The position numbers were made by a program, and so were the translations under genes. Below are positions 13,766 to 20,000 of a stretch of DNA of 20,000 nt, piece after piece. The first letter of the stretch is position 1; each line of letters begins with the position of its first letter. The DNA is taken from IMG/VR virus record IMGVR_UViG_3300032156_000006. The stretch is one strand, 5' to 3'. Below the pieces are notes generated by a model, which ran no database searches, had not been told where the DNA came from, and saw only the letters and a list, made by a program, of their open reading frames with translations. The stretch comes from an uncultured virus (IMG/VR IMGVR_UViG_3300032156_000006) (taxonomy: Duplodnaviria; Heunggongvirae; Uroviricota; Caudoviricetes).

Positions 13766-14563
13766 TTACGGTTTTCCAAAGAGTTGCCTTGCCTTACATG
13801 ATACAGAGATTACCACAATATACAGCTTTTGTTCAAAATCATAGTCGATATTCAAAACCCTGTCAACTTCTATAATTGGCATCAGGTAATTATTATCATG
13901 CGCGGCAACCATGATCGCGTTAGTGACTTTACCTGCTAATTCTTTTGCTTCGTCTGCATACAAACTCATTACAGTAATCCTGAATGTCATATTATGCCAG
14001 TAGTTTCCCATCTGAAGCGTTGAATCCCAGTTGTCTCCTATTCCAACAGGCTCGGGCTCATCTGATTCCATCAACACAGTTATCCGTGGCGGAGGTTGTG
14101 CGCCACGGCTAAAGCCCGCCCCGATAAAGCTTCCTTGGGCAACAAGCTTTCCATCCTGTGTAGTTATTCTTTTTGCATATTTGTAAGGAATGACAATTGC
14201 CGCGCTATTTGCTGGCTCGGTAACGAATATTACTTTCGTTGCTCTCTGATCAGGGGTGCCAAACTTGTCACCCCAATCAATGGTGTAATCCCATCCGAAA
14301 AGCATTGAGCTTCCGCCTACAGTAACACTTCCTATTGCAACAACAGGAGCGCCATTCTCTGAAGGAGTGATAGTATAAATTTTGGTTGCAGCATTTCCAG
14401 TTGCAGCATAAGTTGCATCTGCGTCGCGTATTGCGCCGTGACCCGTGCCCGTGCGTGCATTAGGATCATCTATCCCCGGGTCCGGAACATTGTTGCGCAG
14501 GATATTGATTAGCTGTTTCTCTGTATAATGCGTACCGCCAATTGGAATACTATATACCGGCAT
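13766..14563 (-). CDS. Putative tail terminator/completion protein with an inserted beta-sandwich domain
   Basis: Directly upstream of the tail tube. PPRITV...TFRITVMSLYADEAKELAGKVTNAI fits the terminator fold. The central GNAATKIYT...DYTIDW...VIFVTEPANSAAIVIPYKY segment looks like an insertion. Confidence 0.62.
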   Translation of the reverse strand: MPVYSIPIGGTHYTEKQLINILRNNVPDPGIDDPNARTGTGHGAIRDADATYAATGNAATKIYTITPSENGAPVVAIGSVTVGGSSMLFGWDYTIDWGDKFGTPDQRATKVIFVTEPANSAAIVIPYKYAKRITTQDGKLVAQGSFIGAGFSRGAQPPPRITVLMESDEPEPVGIGDNWDSTLQMGNYWHNMTFRITVMSLYADEAKELAGKVTNAIMVAAHDNNYLMPIIEVDRVLNIDYDFEQKLYIVVISVSCKARQLFGKP

Positions 14564-14572
14564 TTATTTCCC

Positions 14573-15004
14573 TCATTCAGTAACTGGTTCGCTCCTTCTT
14601 TTCTGCATCACTGCTTTTACAAACTTGCGTTCGTTTTCAAACTGTGATGTCTGAGTACTAACGACATAATAAACTAATGTCGTTCTTTCGATTGGATCAC
14701 GTTGCACCCAAACTTCAGCTTCAGGAACTATCTTTGAATCATATTTGAAATATCCCAAGGCATCACCCTGAAATTCCAAACCCTGTTCTCGAAGAATCGT
14801 TGTATCTGTCCGGGAGCGAATAAGTGCAATCTCGTGTATCGGCTCTGTCATGTAATTAGCGCGTGTATCCCCTTGCATGTCTGCTGTGTAATTCGGCAGG
14901 AAAATTTTGACCGGGCCGCCAACTAAGTCAATGATGCTGCTAATGGCGCCCCGGTCAATCATTTTAGGGCTGGTATTTATTGTTTCAATTACATCTTGTG
15001 GCAT
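14573..15004 (-). CDS. Putative head-closure (stopper) protein
   Basis: 143 aa. GGPVKIF...ILREQGLEFQGDALGYF...YYVVS pattern and gene order. Confidence 0.6.
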   Translation of the reverse strand: MPQDVIETINTSPKMIDRGAISSIIDLVGGPVKIFLPNYTADMQGDTRANYMTEPIHEIALIRSRTDTTILREQGLEFQGDALGYFKYDSKIVPEAEVWVQRDPIERTTLVYYVVSTQTSQFENERKFVKAVMQKRRSEPVTE

Positions 15005-15645
15005 TACAATCCACCTTCCTCGTAAAGTACTCCCGTTATGTCAATAGTATCATAAAATACTCCACTTATGTCCACGTATGGAGTTATGCTCGCAATAGAA
15101 CTTAGTACTGCCGTAAAAGTGAAAACCTCTGTCTTGTCAACGCCATCCAAATCATAAGTCAACGTCAGGGGAATCGACAAGGTTGCTGCAGCTGCACTAC
15201 TAGTAGTTTGCAGCTGCAAAACGAGATAATCCGAAACAAAATCCAATGTTTTTGTTGTACTCGTGCTGTTGTCAATAGAAATATTCGCCGATGCTGGAGT
15301 AGACGTGGGAATAGTTGTGGTTGCTACCGTTGAAGTGGAACTGGTGGGGGTTGTATATGCCGAGGCGGTCCAGCTTCCTTTGTATTTCAAGGAAACTCCT
15401 GTAGGCAAGCCAGCCCCGCTATAGTGAACCCTTAGTTTTTGGACAGTCGAACCTGTTGCAACTGCAAAAGAAAATCTGACGAAAACTTCATATGAATTCT
15501 TTCCTATCTGCACTGGCACTATTGACGCAGAAGTACTGGGTTCGGTAATGGGAGCAACTCCAGAGTCCATAAATGCAAAAGACCCTGAGATATAAACACG
15601 GCCGGGTGTTGCCCCAACCGTCTGAACAAGTGTTGGTAGTGCCAC
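15004..15645 (-). CDS. Ser/Thr-rich putative virion structural protein
   Basis: GAGGT RBS and GTG start. Beta-rich, with KNSYEVFVRFSF and SDYLVLQLQTTSSA. Lies within the neck gene cluster. Confidence 0.6.
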   Translation of the reverse strand: MALPTLVQTVGATPGRVYISGSFAFMDSGVAPITEPSTSASIVPVQIGKNSYEVFVRFSFAVATGSTVQKLRVHYSGAGLPTGVSLKYKGSWTASAYTTPTSSTSTVATTTIPTSTPASANISIDNSTSTTKTLDFVSDYLVLQLQTTSSAAAATLSIPLTLTYDLDGVDKTEVFTFTAVLSSIASITPYVDISGVFYDTIDITGVLYEEGGL

Positions 15646-15660
15646 AATTTATAACCTCGT

Positions 15661-16029
15661 TTATGACGTTCGTGTAACGTCCCAATTGATAGTAAACTTG
15701 CCTGCCACAACCGTTTTTGCGTCGCTCGTGCTGGTTTTGTACAGTTCAACGTCGTAATAATAGTCGCCAACAAACTGGGTTGTAAATGTTTTTGTAATAG
15801 CAAAGGTGCAAATGCCATTTGTCGGATCAGAAAGTGTGCCGGTCACTTGGAATATCGCATCTGCATCATTATCATACGGCTGACGTTTTGCTGTGAACAA
15901 AGCGGTATATCCGGTAATATCAACAGCTTGTCCGGTCGAATATGACTTAGTGGTACATCGGATAGTCACAGCATCTCCTCTATATAGCCGGATATCTTGA
16001 GTTTGGGTTTGCACCAATATGGTCGGCAT
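15661..16029 (-). CDS. BppU N-terminal-like (Ig-fold) virion protein
   Basis: LYRGDAVTI...DITGYTALFTAK...G.LSDPTNGICTFAIT...GDYYYDVEL...KTVVAGKFTI..DVTR. Confidence 0.7.
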   Translation of the reverse strand: MPTILVQTQTQDIRLYRGDAVTIRCTTKSYSTGQAVDITGYTALFTAKRQPYDNDADAIFQVTGTLSDPTNGICTFAITKTFTTQFVGDYYYDVELYKTSTSDAKTVVAGKFTINWDVTRTS

Positions 16030-16031
16030 TT

Positions 16032-16502
16032 TCAATCCCTAGTTGCTTTCTTTTTTGAGCGGCCACTTTTCTTAACAACCGGAGTTTTCTCTGGTTCTTG
16101 CTTAGTTTCCTGTACTACTACTTGGGTCGCTCCTGGTGTCACTTCTTCCATCTTATCACCCTCTTTTTTAATAAAAAGTTTCTTTGTAGACAAATCCCTT
16201 ATCAAAACTGTGCCTGTGTTCTCCTGTATTTCCAGCGTTGTATTGCCTCCTGGCTTGCCTTCAACAACAACCATGGAGTTCTTGTACGGGAATTTTACAA
16301 TGCCTTTTGTCACGCGCAATCTGCCCTCCAATAGGGCACCACGCAGCCCGAGTGAACGGAGTTGCCGTTCATTTAGAGTGTGTGTCCTGCCGGCAACCAA
16401 GGCACGTTGATCCCTTAAATCGGTTTCATAGTCCTCGACAACACGCCAATTTTTAGGCACGATCACTTCTACCAATTGCGGTTCTGTACTTTCTTCGCCC
16501 AT
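16032..16502 (-). CDS. Hypothetical protein (156 aa) with a Lys-rich C-terminus
   Basis: GAGGTG RBS before ATG 16502. Has its own promoter motif upstream. Confidence 0.72.
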   Translation of the reverse strand: MGEESTEPQLVEVIVPKNWRVVEDYETDLRDQRALVAGRTHTLNERQLRSLGLRGALLEGRLRVTKGIVKFPYKNSMVVVEGKPGGNTTLEIQENTGTVLIRDLSTKKLFIKKEGDKMEEVTPGATQVVVQETKQEPEKTPVVKKSGRSKKKATRD

Positions 16503-16546
16503 GCATACACCTCGTTTTTCGTTAGATTAAAATTACATTTGGGCAT

Positions 16547-16567
16547 TTATAAGGGTAGCGAGCCGTT
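16547..16567 (-). promoter_or_regulatory. Putative late promoter, copy C (AACG-N10-TATA)
   Basis: Minus strand AACG gctcgctacc CTTATAA. Confidence 0.65.
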
Positions 16568-16576
16568 CGGCAACCG

Positions 16577-16607
16577 TAAAAATAAGAGGAAAAAGAAAAG
16601 AAGAAAA
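16577..16607 (-). terminator. Archaeal-type oligo-T/pyrimidine terminator
   Basis: Minus strand TTTTCTTCTTTTCTTTTTCCTCTTATTTTT directly after the stop at 16608. Confidence 0.6.
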
Positions 16608-16775
16608 TTACTTTTTCTTTAAAGATTTTGCAGGTGGCTTTTTTTCGGTTTCGCCAGCCTCTTCCACAGTATTCATTTCTTCTTTTGTTGCCGGCCTGAA
16701 AATCAATCCTGCCACTTTTGCCATGTCTTCCGGATTTCGCGAATTGAATCCGCCTGTTATGACTGTCATGTTCAT
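16608..16775 (-). CDS. Small hypothetical protein (53-55 aa; not in the ORF track)
   Basis: MNMTVITGGFNSRNPEDMAKVAGLIFRPATKEEMNTVEEAGETEKKPPAKSLKKK*. GGAGG RBS and ATGA overlap with the upstream gene; alternative start at 16769. Confidence 0.65.
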   Translation of the reverse strand: MNMTVITGGFNSRNPEDMAKVAGLIFRPATKEEMNTVEEAGETEKKPPAKSLKKK

Positions 16776-17083
16776 CCCTCCTTTTTCTCCAGCATCTGGT
16801 ATGTTTGCCCTACGACAATAACACCAAATGCCTTTCCGACAAGTTCTTTCATCATAGAAATATCTTCAGCCGTTACTTCAACTGTTTCATTACCAATTAC
16901 TTTTTTGGCAAGTTCCCATCTCTTAAATTTGTCTAGACCTGAGGGGTTTTCATTCGGGATATTTGCCAAAAGTGCATTCGCGCAAATAAATCCTAGGGTC
17001 ATATCTTTGTCTTCTTCTTTACCCCCTTCTTTGGCTATGGTCCCGTCAATATTCTTGATTTTTTGTCCGAAATCAATCTTCAC
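16772..17083 (-). CDS. Conserved small phage protein, often found beside fibre genes (possible fibre chaperone)
   Basis: GAGGTG RBS and GTG start. MKIDF.Q.IKNIDG...TLG.IC.NALLA...SG.DKFKRWELAKK...EVTAEDI..MKELVGKAF...VVGQ..MLE pattern. The function is inferred. Confidence 0.6.
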   Translation of the reverse strand: MKIDFGQKIKNIDGTIAKEGGKEEDKDMTLGFICANALLANIPNENPSGLDKFKRWELAKKVIGNETVEVTAEDISMMKELVGKAFGVIVVGQTYQMLEKKEG

Positions 17084-17121
17084 ACAAACACCTCACCATA
17101 TTTATATGAAATATAGGGAGA

Positions 17122-17153
17122 GAAAAAATTAAAAGAATAGCGGGTTGCCCCGC
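17122..17153 (-). terminator. GNRA-capped hairpin followed by a U-rich tract after the fibre-like gene
   Basis: Minus strand GCGGG-GCAA-CCCGC then TATTCTTTTAATTTTTTC. Confidence 0.6.
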
Positions 17154-17162
17154 CGTTTGACC

Positions 17163-18575
17163 TTACGTCACTGCGAACACTGGGACGCAGTAATTCGTCC
17201 CAGCGATGTCGATTTTCAGCCAGTATGCCGGGTTTCCACTGTGCGGACAGTTCGTCAGGGTTCCCGTGCTGCTGCCTTCCGTCTGGAAGCATCCGTTGGT
17301 TGCACTCTCAAATTTGACGAATGACGTCCAGTTCTGGTTTGTCGGTCTGACGTGCAGTGGGACCACGAAAGCCCCGCTTATCGTGCCTGGCCAGTTGCCA
17401 CCGAACGAGATGCAGGAAAGTTTGCTGCCCGACGCGAGCGTCCCGTTCACGTCCACTGACGCGTGGTGTGAGCTCGCCCCAACGGTGAATCCGTCGAGCG
17501 TCACGCCCGTCCCGATGCAGAATGAGGTCATCAGCGTGGGCCAGTGGTTGCTTCCGTTGTCGGTTACGTTAGCTTCCACGTCCGTGACGAAGAAGCCGGT
17601 GTATGGCCATCCCGTGTGCGTTCCGCCCGTCGAAGCCGTCAGGATTGTCTGATTGACCGTGAAGCACTCGCCCCATGCGGTCAGGGCCGCGCCGCCATCG
17701 CCAAAATAGAAGCCGACTGGCGCTCCTGCGTTCCAGCTTGTACCGTCGGTTATGGACTTCATTCCAGTCTCACCTGTGCCAACCCACGGCCTTCCAATCA
17801 GGATGGCGCGTTTGCTTCCAGTGCCTATGTCAATGGCATAAGAAGAGCAAGTGCTGATTTTCACGCCTGTCGTGCATCCGATGTTGATGTTGAGTCCATT
17901 AGTGAGAGTCCTTGTTCCTGTTTGCGATGAATCATTTATCATACATATGCCGTCACCAAGTTTCGTGCTGCCTCCGCTTCCATCTCGTGCAGTAAGATAC
18001 AAACCATGAATTTTCGCAGCATTGGTTGAGTCTGTCCTGGCACATGAACTCGGGCTTAGCCTTGCACACGCAAGATAATTGGTGATTGTGATGGCCCCGC
18101 CACTGTCACCTTCTGGGGAGATGCAGAATTCTGCTGCGCCACCTCCGGTATACGTAATTGCAGTTGCGCCACTTTTCAGCATGACGTCAACATAAAGTCC
18201 CTGCAGATTTCCAGATGCTCCAGTTAATCCTACATCGTAGTCAGCTGCAAGTATTTCCATTGCCCTTAGCCCTTTGCCTGTGCCTGCAGTTCTGTTTTCT
18301 GCCCTGAAACTATAGCCTGTGAAAGCATCTTTGCCTGTCCAGCTGCTCATCTGGAATTTTGCTTTCCAAAGATCCCCATAGCTTGCAAGATAGGTCGAAT
18401 CTATTGTGATATTGCTTCCAGCCGCTGTGCCAGTCGCAACACGGCCTTTCAAAATAAGCGTGTCAACAGCAGCATCACCAAAGGTGAAGGTGCCTGATAC
18501 TGTGAGATTATTTGTGACGATATTGTCAGTTACAACCATTCTCCTTATTCGATCTCCATCCAACGTGCTGCCCAT
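17163..18575 (-). CDS. Fibre/spike-like virion protein (470 aa; head fibre or receptor-binding protein)
   Basis: Gly/Thr/Ser-rich and beta-repetitive. N-terminal NLTVSGTFTFGDAAVDTL and C-terminal WLKIDIAGTNYCVPVF resemble fibre ends. Directly after the MCP. Confidence 0.6.
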   Translation of the reverse strand: MGSTLDGDRIRRMVVTDNIVTNNLTVSGTFTFGDAAVDTLILKGRVATGTAAGSNITIDSTYLASYGDLWKAKFQMSSWTGKDAFTGYSFRAENRTAGTGKGLRAMEILAADYDVGLTGASGNLQGLYVDVMLKSGATAITYTGGGAAEFCISPEGDSGGAITITNYLACARLSPSSCARTDSTNAAKIHGLYLTARDGSGGSTKLGDGICMINDSSQTGTRTLTNGLNINIGCTTGVKISTCSSYAIDIGTGSKRAILIGRPWVGTGETGMKSITDGTSWNAGAPVGFYFGDGGAALTAWGECFTVNQTILTASTGGTHTGWPYTGFFVTDVEANVTDNGSNHWPTLMTSFCIGTGVTLDGFTVGASSHHASVDVNGTLASGSKLSCISFGGNWPGTISGAFVVPLHVRPTNQNWTSFVKFESATNGCFQTEGSSTGTLTNCPHSGNPAYWLKIDIAGTNYCVPVFAVT

Positions 18576-18585
18576 GTTATCATCC

Positions 18586-18642
18586 TACTTCCGCACTCGT
18601 CTTTCGACGGGAGATATTATCACGTAATATCCGCAGGAAGTA
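18586..18642 (-). ncRNA. Structured 5' leader (predicted three-way junction) of the fibre-like gene
   Basis: P1 TACTTCC/GGAAGTA encloses GGATATTA-CGTGA-TAATATCT and CGTC-GAAA-GACG. It ends at the RBS. Confidence 0.5.
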
Positions 18643-18666
18643 TTGAAAGTATGAAGAATTAGAGCA

Positions 18667-18687
18667 TTTTAAAGGTGCTGGTTCGTT
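18667..18687 (-). promoter_or_regulatory. Putative late promoter, copy D (AACG-N10-TATA)
   Basis: Minus strand AACG aaccagcacc TTTAAAA. Confidence 0.68.
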
Positions 18688-18725
18688 TTCACGAGGATTC
18701 TGTTTTTGAAACATTACTGTACATG

Positions 18726-18753
18726 AAAAAAAATAAAAAAAAGAAAAAAAGAA
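18726..18753 (-). terminator. Archaeal-type oligo-T terminator after the major capsid gene
   Basis: Three consecutive T7 runs on the minus strand just after the MCP stop. Confidence 0.7.
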
Positions 18754-18760
18754 GGGATAC

Positions 18761-19636
18761 TTAAGCTACGCCTGTGATTTTAGCTATCCCTTTCGGCCTG
18801 CCGCATGTTAAGGCATAACGGATATATGCTGAAATATTAAGACGCTTGGCTCGTATATCCTTGTCCATCTCGGTAGTCAGTGGTTCCCTTTCATAATACT
18901 TTAGGGCTGCCAAATCGACATTAGGAAGCAAAGCATACGTAGTCGCAGCTTGGCTTGTACTCAAGATATCCACACCAAACGGAGTCGGATAGATACCTTT
19001 TTGTATAAGCGATGCATCCCCGTAGTTGATGTATTTCAACAGGTTGGGATCAGTGCGCACATGCTGAAATGCACTTGGGTGCATAATCAGGTATTTGCGC
19101 CCGTCACCGGCATCATCGCTTTCCAGCTTGTTCAGCGCACCTGAGATATCTGCCATTACATCTGCAGTTGCAGAAGCCCAAGTTGCTGTCGCTGCCTGGT
19201 CATGGCTCACAGTTGTCCATGTCTGGTTTTCATACGTGCCACCAGCTACGAATATATTTATCGCACTGAGTGCATCCGTGTTAATTGAACGTGCTATGCC
19301 AAATCCGATCTGCTCAACGTAATCGTTGACCAGATCCCATCTGGCATCTTTTATCCAATTAATCGGAAGTTGCGGCGCAATGCCCACATCCTTGATGGTT
19401 GCGAATTTTCTGTCGAACACCATTGCTCCTGCAGGGTATTCCCCAGATTCGCTAACCGTCGCCGGAGTCAACCAGCTGTTAGTGACGTTGAATTCCATCA
19501 CTGGCCCATTAGCCGCGTAGGTCTTGAACAGAAGCGGATAGATGATCTTGGGCTGAAGCGCCTTGATAATTGTGTCATCCACCTGCTCCTTGAAAAGGGC
19601 CCACGAGGTTGCACTTGAAACAGATTGTCCTGCCAT
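18761..19636 (-). CDS. Major capsid protein (HK97 fold, about 291 aa)
   Basis: GAGGTG RBS before ATG 19636. VSESGEYP, TIKDVGIAPQLPINWIKDARWDLV, IARSINTDAL, YLIMHPSAFQHVR, PFGVDILST and YIRYALTCGRPKGIAKITG. Confidence 0.9.
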   Translation of the reverse strand: MAGQSVSSATSWALFKEQVDDTIIKALQPKIIYPLLFKTYAANGPVMEFNVTNSWLTPATVSESGEYPAGAMVFDRKFATIKDVGIAPQLPINWIKDARWDLVNDYVEQIGFGIARSINTDALSAINIFVAGGTYENQTWTTVSHDQAATATWASATADVMADISGALNKLESDDAGDGRKYLIMHPSAFQHVRTDPNLLKYINYGDASLIQKGIYPTPFGVDILSTSQAATTYALLPNVDLAALKYYEREPLTTEMDKDIRAKRLNISAYIRYALTCGRPKGIAKITGVA

Positions 19637-19646
19637 AGTCATCACC

Positions 19647-20000
19647 TCAGATGAGTCCAATCAACACCTTTACGGTTGTGGTGCTGGTTGTCAATGCTTT
19701 GCCGAGCACTGCTGGATAAACAGCAGCCCCTGCTGTGTGTGTCCGGACAGAGCCTGTCGTATATGCTTCGACAAGTTCCCCTGCGGTCACTGTGCCCGTA
19801 CCGACGGTGCAATTTACTACACCTCGAGTACATACGGTTACGCGCCCACCAATAGCGACTTGATCGTCTGTTGCGGTGCGGCTGATTCGGTCTCCACCGA
19901 TAGCCACGCCAATCACGCCGACATGCCCGGTTGTTGCTCCTGTTACTGTTTCGGCGCCAGTCAGCATAACGACTTGCCCGAGGGTAACAGCACCCGTGTC
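19647..20000 (-). CDS. Capsid cement/decoration protein (DUF2190-like); 5' end lies outside the window
   Basis: The frame is open to position 20000 (DTGAVTLGQVVML...). VIGVA...RVTVCTRGV...GTVTAGELV...VLGKALT. Directly upstream of the MCP. Confidence 0.75.
   Translation of the reverse strand, partial: DTGAVTLGQVVMLTGAETVTGATTGHVGVIGVAIGGDRISRTATDDQVAIGGRVTVCTRGVVNCTVGTGTVTAGELVEAYTTGSVRTHTAGAAVYPAVLGKALTTSTTTVKVLIGLI

Noticed and set aside
18586..18642. Hammerhead ribozyme or tRNA
   Set aside because: It lacks the CUGANGA/GAAA junction core (its GAAA is a hairpin loop) and has no cloverleaf or T-loop.
3046..19618. Numerous + strand ORFs opposite the structural genes (e.g. 10398-10964, 11614-12018, 17206-17652)
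   Set aside because: They are antisense shadows of well-supported minus-strand genes and have no RBS or motifs.
1..20000. Stop-codon reassignment
   Set aside because: TAA, TAG and TGA all end well-supported genes, and coding density is high under the standard code.

Overview
This window looks like part of the genome of a tailed (Caudoviricetes-type, probably siphovirus-like) virus or provirus of an archaeal host. Evidence for an archaeal host: GGTGA/GAGGTG ribosome-binding sites, TATA boxes, oligo-T terminators, a PCNA-like C-terminus and N-glycosylation-rich secreted proteins. Positions 1-2998 (+ strand) hold the end of an early/accessory block: a PCNA-like fragment, small ORFs, an RQGDV/His-rich protein, a DUF6948-like protein, a Gly-X-repeat/DUF6745-like protein, a Cas4-like PD-(D/E)XK nuclease and a zinc-finger protein. 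Positions 3015-20000 (- strand) hold the convergent morphogenesis block: capsid cement protein, HK97-type major capsid protein, a fibre-like protein with a small partner, head-tail joining proteins, tail tube, a tail chaperone with a predicted -1 frameshift, tape measure, Dit-like and hub proteins, and three membrane/holin-like genes with no endolysin. The most unusual points are: (i) a translationally coupled cassette inside the tail module encoding a lipoprotein DNase I and two secreted glycoproteins; (ii) a promoter motif AACG-N10-YTTAWAA in four late intergenic gaps; (iii) paired CC-RNGAN-GG hairpins and a three-way junction in late-gene leaders; (iv) a 243-bp hexamer repeat open in three frames with strongly constrained variation; (v) a lone IS200/IS605-like terminal hairpin. 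All family assignments come from recalled motifs and gene order; no database search was run.
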